Positions 9,560 to 19,303 of a stretch of DNA of 64,000 bases are shown here, piece by piece. The DNA lies in contig CAVRVY010000003.1 in assembly GCA_963724765.1 (NCBI GenBank), positions 832,001 through 896,000 on the forward strand, given 5' to 3'. The position numbers and the translations under genes were made by a program. The notes beneath the pieces are model-generated. The model made no database searches. It had not been told where the DNA came from and was given only the letters and a program-made list of their open reading frames with translations. Position 1 is the stretch's first letter, and every line of letters starts with the position of its first letter. The DNA comes from an uncultured delta proteobacterium (lineage in GTDB: Bacteria > Desulfobacterota > Binatia > Binatales > Binataceae).

Positions 9560-10470
9560 TCATGGACGCGAGTAGGGCTCGCCCAGTGCGCTCGGCGCGT
9601 CGGCCTGGCCACCGAAACCCGCCAGCACCACCAGCGTCAGCGCATACGGCAGCGCCAGGAACACCTGGTACGGCATGGAGGTACCGAGCGCCTGCAAGCC
9701 GAACTGCAGCGCCATAGCCGCGCCGAACAGCACCGCGGCCGCCGCGCATCCCCACGCCTTCCAGCGCCCCAGGATCACCACCGCCAGCGCGACGAAGCCG
9801 CGGCCGGCCGACTGCCCTCGACGAAAGTGCCCGCGTAGGCAAGCGTCAAAAACGCGCCGCCCAGTCCCGTAAGCACACCCGCGAAGAGCAGCGCCTCCCA
9901 TCGCAGCCGATACACGCCGAGCCCGAGTGCGTCGGCCGCCTCGGGCCGCTCGCCCGCCGCGCGCAGCCGCAATCCGTAGCGCGTGCGCGAGATCACCAGC
10001 GACAGCAGCGGCACCATCGCGAACGTCATGTACACCAGCACGTTCTGATCAAAGAACGCGCGGCCGACGATCGGGATACGCGCGAGCGGTCCCAGCGCCA
10101 CCGCACCGAACTGCCGCACCACGAATGCGCTGCCGGTGACGCCGAACATATGGCGGTAGAAGACGCCGGTCAGCCCGAGCGCGAGGATATCGAGCGCGGT
10201 GCCGGCCACCACCTGGTTCACCGCAAGGTTGACGACCAACAGCGCCAGCAGCGCGTTGAGCGCGACGGCCGCGGCGACTCCCGCCAGCAATCCGAGCGCA
10301 AGGTTGCCGCTGAAGTAGGCCGCCGCCAGCGCGAAGAACGCCCCGGCCAGCATCGAGCCCTCGATACCGATATTGATCACGCCGCTTTGCTCGACCAGCA
10401 ACTCGCCGAGCGCCGCGAGCAGGATCGGCGTCGCCATCGCGACCGTCGAGGCCAAAAACGCCTCAAGCAT
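9560..10470 (-). CDS. Nucleoside/sugar ABC transporter permease (BPD_transp_2), one frameshift near 9812
   Basis: EQSGVINIGIEG, GLRLRAAGE.PEAA; continues in another frame as SAGRGFVALAVVILGRW...PYALTLVVL; span is 1 nt short of a multiple of 3. Confidence 0.88.
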
Positions 10471-11553
10471 CGCGGCCGCTCCCGGCTATCGCGCCGGCTC
10501 CAGGAGCCGTCGCGCGCGCCGCGCCGCCGCCGCGCCATAGCGCGCCGCTCAATCCCGCCCATGCCCGGGTGTCGAAGGCGAGCAGTATCAGGATCACCAT
10601 CCCCTGGATCACCTGCACCAGCTCCGGCGATACGCCCTGGCTGCGTTGCATCGCCTGCGAGCCGTTGTCGAGCGCCCGAATAGCAGCGCGGTCAGCATCA
10701 CGCCGAGCGGGTTGAGCCGCGCGACCAGCGCCACCGCGATCGCCTCGTAACCCCATCCGGGCGAGAAACTCTCGTACAGCCGATGCGTGATCGCCGAGAC
10801 CTGGACCGCGCCGCCCAGGCCGGCCAGCGCCCCGCTAAACGCCATCGTCGCTATCCCCAGCCGCGCGACTGGAATACCGAAGAAAGCCGCGACGCGCCGG
10901 TTGCGGCCCATCGCGCGCAACTCGAAGCCGCCGCGGCTATGGAAGAGCCAGAGCCACGACCCGAGCGCCAGCGCCACCGCGAGAATCATCCCGGCGTTGA
11001 GCCGGCTCGGCGGCGCGAACGTCCATAGCTCGGCGGCGCGTGCGATGGGCGCGCTCTTGGGATATGAGCGCGAGGGCTCGATTAGCGGACCGTGCACAGC
11101 GTAGCTCAGGAGCTGCACGGCGACGAAGTTGAGCATGATGGTACTGATGACTTCGCTCACCGCGCGCCGCTCGTGAAGCCATCCGCAAATTCCGCTCCAT
11201 AGTGCGCCGCCCGCCGCACCGGCCAGGAGCACCAGCGCCACGGCCAGCGGCCGGGGCCATCCGTGAAGCGCAATTCCCAGCGCGCCCGCGGCGAGCGCGC
11301 CCACCAGCAACTGGCCCTCGGCGCCGATATTCCACAGCGCCCCGCGAAAGGCGATCGACACCGCCAGCCCGGTGAAGACGAGCGGCGTGGTCTTGACCAG
11401 CGTGTCAGTGGCGGCGAGCCAGTTGCCGAACGCGCCCTCCCAGAGCGCGGCGAAGACGTCGAACGGCGAAGCGCCGAGTGCGAACAGGATAAGCGAGATG
11501 ATCGCGGCCGAGAGCGCGAGCGCCGCGACAGGCTTGCCGAGCCGGGCGAGCAT
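10463..11553 (-). CDS. Nucleoside/sugar ABC transporter permease, one frameshift near 10676
   Basis: TPLVFTGLAVSIAFR...NIGAEGQ, SEVISTIMLN, GYEAIAVALVARLNP; C-terminus ALDNGSQAMQ...VIQG in another frame; overlaps next start. Confidence 0.88.
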
Positions 11554-11734
11554 CAGGGCGCGACGTTAGCCGGATCGCGCGGTTTCACCAACCCCGGGGC
11601 AGATGTCGCGTTGAATCTTTCGCAGCGGCCGTTCGTGAACGGCTCTATGCGCGGGCGAGGGCTCAGAAGAGAGACGCAGACGAATCGAATGTGGGGCTCA
11701 TCCAAGTGCGATGCTTGCGATGAGCCGCGGCGCA

Positions 11735-13117
11735 TCATCCGCCGGGCTTCTTCGTGCTTTCCGATAGGCGCTTGCCGCTCTTGCGCGCGAGTCTCGCGCG
11801 TTCCAGATATTCGCCCAACCGCCCTTCATAGCCCCGTTCGGAAGGTTCGTAGTAGCGCCGCTCGCCCAATTCGTCGGGCAGGTACTGCTGCTCGTTGAGA
11901 GCGCCCTCGGAGTCGTGCGGATAACGGTAGCCCTCGCCATAGCCAAGCTTGCGCATCAAACCCGTCGGCGCGTTGCGCAGATGGAGCGGCACCGGCAGCG
12001 CGCCGCGCTCGACGGCGTCCGCGCGCGCGTTCAGCATCCCGCGATACGACGCATTGGATTTGGGCGCGCAGGCGAGGTAAGTGACGCCCTGGGCAAGCGG
12101 AATCGCACCCTCCGGCATCCCGACGAAATCGACCGCGTCCTTCACCGCGAGCGCGAGTTGGAGCGCACGCGGGTCGGCGTTGCCGACGTCCTCGGCCGCG
12201 AAAATCACCATCCGCCGCGCGACGAACAGCGGATCCTCGCCAGCCTCCAGCATCCGCGTCATCCAGTACAGCGCCGCGTCCGGGTCGCTGCCGCGCATGC
12301 TCTTGATGAAGGCCGAGATGACGTTGTAGTGCTCCTCGCCGGCGCGGTCGTAGAGCAGCATTTTCTGCTGCGCCGCCTCGCGCACGTGCTCGGGCGCGAT
12401 CGCCGTGCGGCCCGCCGCGCGCGCCAGCGTCGCCGCGACCTCCAGCGTGTTGAGCGCGCGCCGCGCGTCGCCCGCGCCAAAGCGCACCAGCTCGGCGAGC
12501 GCCTCGTCCTCGAAGGTGAGCCCGCTTGCGCCCAACCCGCGCTCGGTGTCGCCGAGCGCGCGGCGCAAAATCGCCGCGATATCCTCGTCGCCGAGCGCGC
12601 GCAGCACCAGCACGCGAGTGCGCGAGAGCAGCGGCGCGATTACTTCGAAGGAGGGATTCTCGGTGGTCGCGCCGATGAGCGTGATGAGTCCGCTTTCGAC
12701 GTGGGGCAGGATCGCGTCCTGCTGCGCGCGGTTCCATCGATGAATCTCGTCGATGAAAACCACCGTGCGCCGGCCGCCGGCTTCCAGTTCTCGGCCCGCC
12801 TCCTCGACCGCCTCGCGCAACTCGGCGATTCCCGCCGACACGGCCGCGATCGTGCGAAAGCCCGCGCCGGACTGGCGCGCGAGCAAAAGCGCGATCGTGG
12901 TCTTGCCGCTGCCCGGCGGCCCCCACAGGATGATCGACGGCAGCGCGCCCGCCGCGAGCATCCGCCCGAGCATCTTGTCGGGGCCAAGCAGGTGCTCCTG
13001 GCCGACGACCTCGTCGAGGCTCCGCGGGCGCATCCGGTCCGCCAACGGCTGGGCAGCCGGCGTCCTGGCGGGAAAGAGACCTGGCTCTGGAGGGGTTTTG
13101 CTGCGCCGCCCGGCCAT
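11735..13117 (-). CDS. rarA: Replication-associated recombination protein A (RarA/MgsA AAA+ ATPase)
   Basis: PLADRMRP, GPPGSGKT, FIDEIHR, ATTENPSF, SAFIKSMRGSDPDAA, VPLHLRNAPT. Confidence 0.95.
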   Translation of the reverse strand: MAGRRSKTPPEPGLFPARTPAAQPLADRMRPRSLDEVVGQEHLLGPDKMLGRMLAAGALPSIILWGPPGSGKTTIALLLARQSGAGFRTIAAVSAGIAELREAVEEAGRELEAGGRRTVVFIDEIHRWNRAQQDAILPHVESGLITLIGATTENPSFEVIAPLLSRTRVLVLRALGDEDIAAILRRALGDTERGLGASGLTFEDEALAELVRFGAGDARRALNTLEVAATLARAAGRTAIAPEHVREAAQQKMLLYDRAGEEHYNVISAFIKSMRGSDPDAALYWMTRMLEAGEDPLFVARRMVIFAAEDVGNADPRALQLALAVKDAVDFVGMPEGAIPLAQGVTYLACAPKSNASYRGMLNARADAVERGALPVPLHLRNAPTGLMRKLGYGEGYRYPHDSEGALNEQQYLPDELGERRYYEPSERGYEGRLGEYLERARLARKSGKRLSESTKKPGG

Positions 13118-13259
13118 AGCCGACCGTAGCACAGCGGCGTTGCCGGCCGCATCCGGCGCGCTATTCGCCGGGCCAAGCATGCGACCGACCTGTTTGCCAG
13201 CGGGTCACGCGTATTCTAGTTTTGAAGGACGGGCCGGACGCGGGCGCCGGCACCATTTA

Positions 13260-14075
13260 ATGATCGTCGGAATCGATATCGGCGGATCGACCACTGACGC
13301 GGTAACGGTCGACAATGGCGACTACCACGTCGTCACGATCGAGGCGAATGATCCGGTGGCGGCGGCGGCGGGCGCGCTCGGCAAACTGGTCGAAGAATAT
13401 GGACTCAAACTTGACCAGGTGGCCTGCGTGGCGGCCACCGGAGCGGGCTCGCGTGCGCTCTCGGCGACGCTGCTCGGCCGGCCGGTGGTCAAGGTGAGCG
13501 AGTTCACGGCGATCGGAATCGGCGGCACGTCGCTGTGCGGCAAAGCTGACGCGTTGGTGGTGTCGCTCGGCACAGGGACCGCGATGGTCTCAGTGCACGG
13601 CGACAAGATCGAGCACTTTGGCGGCACCGGTCTCGGCGGCGGCACGTTGCGCGGACTTTCCAAGCACATGCTCGGCGTGTCGACGTTGCAAACGCTGGAG
13701 GCGTTGGCGGAGCGGGGCGACTTGAGCCGTATCGACCTCACCGTGCGCGACATCGCGGGCGGCCCGCTGGGCGACTTGCAGCCTGGCGCCACCGCGGCCA
13801 ACTTCGGCAAGATCGGCGCCGATGCGACCAACGAGGACAAGGCGCTCGCGATCATGAATATGATCGTCGAAGTGGTAAGTGTGCTGAGCTTCGCGACCGC
13901 GCGCGCCTGCGACCAGCGCGATATCGTGCTGACCGGCAAGCTGACTCGGATCTTCCGTTTCATGCAGCGCCAAAAGCGGATGGACGCGATGTTCGCGCGC
14001 TTCACGATTCCCGAGCACGCTGACTACGCAACCGCGATTGGCGCGGCCCGCGCCGCCGGCGGCCCCAACCGCTGA
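13260..14075 (+). CDS. Type II (Fumble-family) pantothenate kinase
   Basis: GIDIGGSTT, ATGAG, SEFTAIG.G, VSLGTG, GGTGLGGGT, GD...IDLTVRDI, AANFGK. Confidence 0.82.
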   Translation: MIVGIDIGGSTTDAVTVDNGDYHVVTIEANDPVAAAAGALGKLVEEYGLKLDQVACVAATGAGSRALSATLLGRPVVKVSEFTAIGIGGTSLCGKADALVVSLGTGTAMVSVHGDKIEHFGGTGLGGGTLRGLSKHMLGVSTLQTLEALAERGDLSRIDLTVRDIAGGPLGDLQPGATAANFGKIGADATNEDKALAIMNMIVEVVSVLSFATARACDQRDIVLTGKLTRIFRFMQRQKRMDAMFARFTIPEHADYATAIGAARAAGGPNR

Positions 14076-14136
14076 GCGCTACGGCGCGCCGCGTTTTCGT
14101 GCCCCCGTGACCGCTCTTCCCGCAACAGGAGTATCG

Positions 14137-15399
14137 ATGGGCTCGGAACTGCTCAGCGGATTCAGGATGCTCGACCTCGCCGACGAAAAAGGCGCGCTCT
14201 GCGGCAAAATTTTCGCCGACATGGGTGCCGACGTGATCAAGGTCGAGCCGCCGCAGGGATGCCCGACGCGGCGCGTCCCGCCGTTCGTCGACGACCTGCC
14301 GGACGCCGAGCGCAGCCTGTTTTTCATCGCCTACCAGGCTGGCAAGCGCTCAGTGACGCTGAACCTCGACTCGCCCGACGGCCGCCCGCTGCTCGAAGAC
14401 CTCGTGCGTAAATCCGACTTCCTGCTGGAGTCGTTCCCGGTCGGCTATATGGAATCGATCGGCCTGGGCTATGAGCGGCTCGCCGAGCTCAATCCGCGAA
14501 TAATTCATACTTCGATCACGCCGTTTGGCGACACGGGTCCGGGCAGGAACTATAAGGCCGCCGACATCGTCGCGTGGGCCTCGGGCGGCCCGATGTTCCT
14601 GATGGGCGATGAGGGCAGGCCGCCGCTGGAGATGAGCCTGCCGCAGGCCGGACTGCACGCCGGCGCCGAGGCCGCGGTCGCCTCGCTGCTCGCGCACTAC
14701 CCGCGCGAGATTGAGGGTAAAGGCCAGCGCGTCGTGATCGACATGCAAGCCTGCGTTTTGTGGACGCTGATGAATGAGCAGGCGATGCCGATCCTGCACG
14801 GCGACTACATCAGGCGCAGCGGCGTCTACTACACGGCGATCGGTACGCGGCGCAAACTTATCTACTCCTGCAAGGACGGCTACATCTCTACCGTGCTGGC
14901 CGGCGGCTCCGGCGTCGGCGCGCTCTCGATGAAAGGGATGGTCGAATGGATGACCCCCGGCGGGTTCGCCGCGGACTGGATGATCGCGAAGGACTGGGCA
15001 ATCTGGGTGCCGGGAATCCTGATGAAGGCGAGCGCGCAGGACTACGCGGAGATTGCCGACCTCGAAGATCGAGTGCAGCGCTTTTTCAACACGATGACCA
15101 AGCGCGAGATTTACGCCGAGGCGCTCAAGCGGCGCATCCTGCTGGCTCCCGTAGCGACCGCCGCCGATATCGCGGATGACGACCAGTTAAAGGCGCGCAA
15201 CTACTTCGTGCGCGTGGAGCACGACACGCTCGGCCGCACGCTGACGCTGCCCGGCGCGTTCGCCAAGTTCAGCGTGACGCCGGTCGGCCCGGGACGCCGC
15301 GCGCCGCGCCTGGGCGAGCACAACGGCGAGGTCTGGGGCGAGCTTCTGGGAATCGACGGCGCACGCCTGGGCCGCCTGCGCGCAATCGGCGCGATCTGA
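14137..15399 (+). CDS. Class III CoA-transferase (CaiB/BaiF), subunit A
   Basis: ADMGADVIKVEPP, GKRSVTLNL, SITPFGDTGP, APRLGEHN; AGGAG SD before ATG 14137. Confidence 0.92.
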   Translation: MGSELLSGFRMLDLADEKGALCGKIFADMGADVIKVEPPQGCPTRRVPPFVDDLPDAERSLFFIAYQAGKRSVTLNLDSPDGRPLLEDLVRKSDFLLESFPVGYMESIGLGYERLAELNPRIIHTSITPFGDTGPGRNYKAADIVAWASGGPMFLMGDEGRPPLEMSLPQAGLHAGAEAAVASLLAHYPREIEGKGQRVVIDMQACVLWTLMNEQAMPILHGDYIRRSGVYYTAIGTRRKLIYSCKDGYISTVLAGGSGVGALSMKGMVEWMTPGGFAADWMIAKDWAIWVPGILMKASAQDYAEIADLEDRVQRFFNTMTKREIYAEALKRRILLAPVATAADIADDDQLKARNYFVRVEHDTLGRTLTLPGAFAKFSVTPVGPGRRAPRLGEHNGEVWGELLGIDGARLGRLRAIGAI

Positions 15400-15408
15400 G
15401 CCATTGCG

Positions 15409-16647
15409 ATGAGTGGAGTAGCTACGATGAGACGTTACGCGCTGGAGGGAGTGCACGTACTCGACTTCTCCTGGGTGGGAGTTGGGCCGATTACGACCAA
15501 GTACCTGGCCGACAATGGCGCCGACGTAATCCGGGTCGAGTCGCTGGCGCGGCCCGACATCCTGCGCCTCGCGCCGCCCTGGAAGGATGCCCAGCCCGGC
15601 ATCGACACGAGCCAGTTCTTCGCCAGCTTCAACACTTCGAAACGAAGTATCACGCTGGATTTCAGCAAGCCCAGGGCGCGCGAGCTGGTGCTGAAGCTGC
15701 TGCCGTGGGCCGACATCGTGGCCGAGAGCTTCACGCCCAAGGCGCTGCGCAAGTGGGACCTCGACTACGAGCATCTGCGCACGCTCAAGCCCGACCTCAT
15801 CATGCTTTCCACCTGCATGCAGGGTCAGACCGGCCCCAACGCGCTCTACCCTGGGTTCGGTCAATTGATGGCGGCGCTTAGCGGCTACTACCACATCTCC
15901 GGATACTCGTCCGGCGAGCCGCCGTGTCCGCCGTACGGTGCGTATACCGATTTCATCGCGCCGCGATTTGCGGCCTGTGCGCTGCTGGCCGCGCTCGACT
16001 ATCGCCGGCGTACAGGGCGTGGACAATATATCGATATGTCGCAATACGAGGCCGCGCTCCACAACCTAGCACCGGCGCTAATCGACTACTTCTCGAGCGG
16101 CCGCGTGGCGGAGCCTACTGGCAACCGCTCCGAGCGCTACGCGCCCCACGGCGCATATCGATGCGCCGACGTCGACGGCCAGGAGCGATGGCTGGCGCTG
16201 GCGGTCGCCAGCGAACAAGAGTGGCAGGCGATGCTCGGCGCGCTAGGCGACCCCCCCGCCGATTCGCGCTTCTCCACGATGGCGGCGCGGATGGAGAATC
16301 GCGCGGCGCTCGACGAGTTCGTCGGCGCGCTGGTGCGCGAGCGCGACGCTGACGCGCTGACCGCGGCGCTGCAGGCTGCCGGGGTCTCGGCTTACCCGGT
16401 GCAGAACTGCGTCGATATCCATCGCGACGACAATCTCGAGGCCTTCGGCTTCTGGCATTGGCTCGATCACAAGGTGATGGGCCCGTCGCCATACGAGGGG
16501 CTGGCGTATCGGATGAGCCGCACGCCGGGCGAGTTGCGCACACCGGCGCCGGCGCTCGGCCAGCACAACGACGAGGTGTTCGGGGAGATGCTGGGGCTCG
16601 ACGCGGCCGAGATCGCGCGGCTCAAAGAGGAGCGGGTGATCTTTTGA
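15409..16647 (+). CDS. Class III CoA-transferase (CaiB/BaiF), subunit B
   Basis: LADNGADVIRVES, NTSKRSITLD, GQTGP, AYTD (putative catalytic Asp), GRGQYIDMSQ; alternative start 15427. Confidence 0.93.
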   Translation: MSGVATMRRYALEGVHVLDFSWVGVGPITTKYLADNGADVIRVESLARPDILRLAPPWKDAQPGIDTSQFFASFNTSKRSITLDFSKPRARELVLKLLPWADIVAESFTPKALRKWDLDYEHLRTLKPDLIMLSTCMQGQTGPNALYPGFGQLMAALSGYYHISGYSSGEPPCPPYGAYTDFIAPRFAACALLAALDYRRRTGRGQYIDMSQYEAALHNLAPALIDYFSSGRVAEPTGNRSERYAPHGAYRCADVDGQERWLALAVASEQEWQAMLGALGDPPADSRFSTMAARMENRAALDEFVGALVRERDADALTAALQAAGVSAYPVQNCVDIHRDDNLEAFGFWHWLDHKVMGPSPYEGLAYRMSRTPGELRTPAPALGQHNDEVFGEMLGLDAAEIARLKEERVIF

Positions 16648-16701
16648 ACGCCCGCGACGGTCAGCGCCGGAGCGCGCCGGCGCATCGCAAGGGAGCCTGA
16701 T

Positions 16702-17961
16702 TTGCGCTTCGAGCTGATGATCGCGATGCGCTATCTGCGCGCGCGCCGCAGGGACGCGTTCATCTCAATCACCACGATGTTCACGGCGGTGGGGGTTACG
16801 ATCGGCGTGGCCGCGCTGGTCGTGATGCTGGCCGTGATGAGCGGATTCGAGACCAATCTGCGCCAGCGGATGCTCAGCCTGAGCCCGCAGGTGCAGGTGC
16901 AAAGCTTCGGCGGCTCAATCTCCGATTACGCAACCCTGCAGAGCCGTATCGACCATACGGCCGGCGTCGCCGGGTCGGACCCGTTTATCGTGGGCCAGGG
17001 TCTCGTCAGCTCGGCGCACGGGATTTCGGGCGTGATGGTGCGCGGCATTGAGCCGCACAACCCGGTCGTCATATCGCAACTTCAGCACTACGTCGACGCT
17101 GCGTCATTGCGGATGCTCGAGAGCGGCGCCTCGACGAACGCCGGCGGCGCCGGCAGCGGGGGAGCCCATCCGGTCGCCGGCCTGCTGCTCGGCGCGACGC
17201 TGGCCGACAAGCTGAAGGTCAAGCCTGGCGATCCGGTGCGAATCGTGGCGCCGATAATCGCAGGCGCCAATTCCCAGCTCAGCACGCGCAGCGCCGATTT
17301 CCGGGTCGCGGCGATTTTCAATTCGGGCGTGCAGTTCATCGATAGCGACGTGATCTTCATGGGACTCGCCGGGGCGCAGGACTTCTTCGGACGCGCGGGC
17401 AAGGCCGACGGAATCGAGGTGAAGCTGCATGACCTCGACCAGACGATGGCGGTCACCGACGCACTGCGCAGCATGCTCGGCCACACCTTTCGGGTAAGCA
17501 ACTGGATGGAGTACGACCAGGCGGCGTCGGCCGGGTTCGCGATGCTCAAGAAGCTCTATGCGATGGTGCTGCTGCTGCTGATCGGGGTCGCGGCATTCAA
17601 CCTGATCGCGACGCTAATCATGGTCGTGATGGAAAAGCGCAAGGACATCGCGGTGCTGCTGGCGATGGGCGCGACGCCGGCCGAGGTGCGATGGATTTTC
17701 CAGCTCAAGGGGATAATCGTCGGCGCCGCGGGGACCGCCCTGGGGCTGGCTATCGGGGCGCTTACCTGCTTTGCGCTCGCTCGCTACCAGTTCATCCATA
17801 TCCCGAGCAAAATTTACGGCATTTCGACTCTGCCGATCGACGCCGAGCCGGTCAGTTTCGTGTTGGTGGCGATAGCCTCGATGGTGCTGTGCTACCTGGC
17901 GACGATTTATCCGGCCAGGCAAGCCTCGCGCGAGACGCCGGTCGAGGTCTTTCGCTCATAG
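16702..17961 (+). CDS. lolE: Lipoprotein-releasing ABC transporter permease (LolC/E family)
   Basis: IAMRYLRARR..FIS, VMSGFE, VAAFNLIATLIMVVMEKRKDIAVL.AMGA, YPARQAS. Confidence 0.88.
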   Translation: MRFELMIAMRYLRARRRDAFISITTMFTAVGVTIGVAALVVMLAVMSGFETNLRQRMLSLSPQVQVQSFGGSISDYATLQSRIDHTAGVAGSDPFIVGQGLVSSAHGISGVMVRGIEPHNPVVISQLQHYVDAASLRMLESGASTNAGGAGSGGAHPVAGLLLGATLADKLKVKPGDPVRIVAPIIAGANSQLSTRSADFRVAAIFNSGVQFIDSDVIFMGLAGAQDFFGRAGKADGIEVKLHDLDQTMAVTDALRSMLGHTFRVSNWMEYDQAASAGFAMLKKLYAMVLLLLIGVAAFNLIATLIMVVMEKRKDIAVLLAMGATPAEVRWIFQLKGIIVGAAGTALGLAIGALTCFALARYQFIHIPSKIYGISTLPIDAEPVSFVLVAIASMVLCYLATIYPARQASRETPVEVFRS

Positions 17962-18168
17962 ACTGATTTTCGGGCCAAGTTTTCGGCTGGGGTTTTTTCG
18001 GGCGAAGCTTTTCCGGCGAGATCTTTCACTCATGGAATGAATGGCTTCGCCACCCCGCTCGGGAAGTGAGCGCGCTCGGACCTCGGCGCCAGTGACAGGC
18101 GAGCGGTCGCTCGGCTTCTTCCGCCGCAGTTTCTTCCTGCGGTTATGGGCGGACTATAGCCGGCGACT

Positions 18169-18462
18169 CTATTGGTTGGAGCGATCGGTACCGTTACCGT
18201 TGGAGGGCTTGGCCACCAGCTTGGGCTTACGAATCACGAGCGTTTCGTGACCGCGAACCCTGATCGTGCGGGCGGACTCGGACTGCGAACCGGAACCTGC
18301 ACCGTCGGGTTCACTTTGCCTCGGTCGTGTCGCGGTTCGCCGCCGCCGCCAGTTACTGAGCTCTTGGGAGAGTTTGGTAGCCAGCGAGTCGTTGTTCTGG
18401 TCAGCGTCCATGGCGGACTCGTTCTCCTTATCGATATCGTTTGGTGTATCCTGCGAACTCAT
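18169..18462 (-). CDS. Hypothetical small disordered protein
   Basis: Purine-rich SD (GAAGGA) upstream of ATG; no family recognised. Confidence 0.5.
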   Translation of the reverse strand: MSSQDTPNDIDKENESAMDADQNNDSLATKLSQELSNWRRRRTATRPRQSEPDGAGSGSQSESARTIRVRGHETLVIRKPKLVAKPSNGNGTDRSNQ

Positions 18463-18742
18463 TGAGGTATTCCTTCTTTCCTCCCCTACCGGGTTAATTC
18501 CCAGCGATAGAAATGCTTTAAGACAGGACTAAAATGAACGAGGCTGTGGGTCCGTCTGATGAGACGGGACGCTGCGCGGCCTCTTCACCTGTTTCTATTG
18601 TCCATTGAGCGGCCAGAGGCAGCGACGATTGTCGCACGCTCCAGCCTTACGCGGTTCTTCGAGATATTGTCGAGCTAATAGCGGGTTCTATCTTTGGCCC
18701 CCCGGTCCTCCCCCGGACCGCGGATGGCGGGTCGGCTTCGGT

Positions 18743-19072
18743 TTAGCCGAACAGGCTCTGCAACCGAAGCGCCAGCCCCATGTCTCCTGCAATCTTCAGC
18801 TTTCCAGTCATGAACGCCATTTGGCCATTGAGCTTGCCATTGACCATATCCAAGTAATCCTTGGAGGTCATGGAAATGGTAATGTTGGGTGAAGCTGCCT
18901 TTCCTTCCTTTACTTCGCACTGCTCGTTAGCGACTACCGCATACCACTGGCCGCCGCCGTCACCGGAGAGGTCGAACTGGTAGGTCGCACTAAGTCCCTT
19001 CGCGGCGTCCTTTTTGAACCGCGACGCCATGTTGTCGAAGACCTCTTTGCACGAAGACGCGGACTCAGCCAT
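18743..19072 (-). CDS. SCP2 sterol-binding domain protein
   Basis: YQFDLSGDGGGQW, GKLNGQMAFMTGKLKIAGDMGLA; AGGAGG SD. Confidence 0.93.
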   Translation of the reverse strand: MAESASSCKEVFDNMASRFKKDAAKGLSATYQFDLSGDGGGQWYAVVANEQCEVKEGKAASPNITISMTSKDYLDMVNGKLNGQMAFMTGKLKIAGDMGLALRLQSLFG

Positions 19073-19248
19073 TTGTAAACGGGGCCTCCTGCAGGGGCGC
19101 AGTGGGAAAGGTTCCTAAGGCCAGTGTAAGCGTCAGCCGAAAAGAATGTCAATAGCGACGCTGCCTCGAACCACCGGTTAAATTTGAAGGCACGCGTGGT
19201 TTAAACCCTCTGAATCAAGGCCTCTTTCACGGCGCGCGCCCGTTTTCA

Positions 19249-19288
19249 AATCCCCGCGTTCAGCCTGAATCCCCGCGTTCAGCCTGAA
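19249..19288. repeat. Perfect 19-bp tandem duplication
   Basis: AATCCCCGCGTTCAGCCTG at 19249-19267 and 19268-19286. Confidence 0.9.
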
Positions 19289-19303
19289 GATCGCCTATCT
19301 GCC

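Noticed and set aside
18550-18570. Hammerhead ribozyme (CTGATGA at 18556-18562)
   Set aside because: No GAAA after a stem II; the motif lies within a simple hairpin
19249-19288. 19-bp duplication as a target-site duplication or att site
   Set aside because: Copies are directly adjacent with nothing inserted; likely slippage
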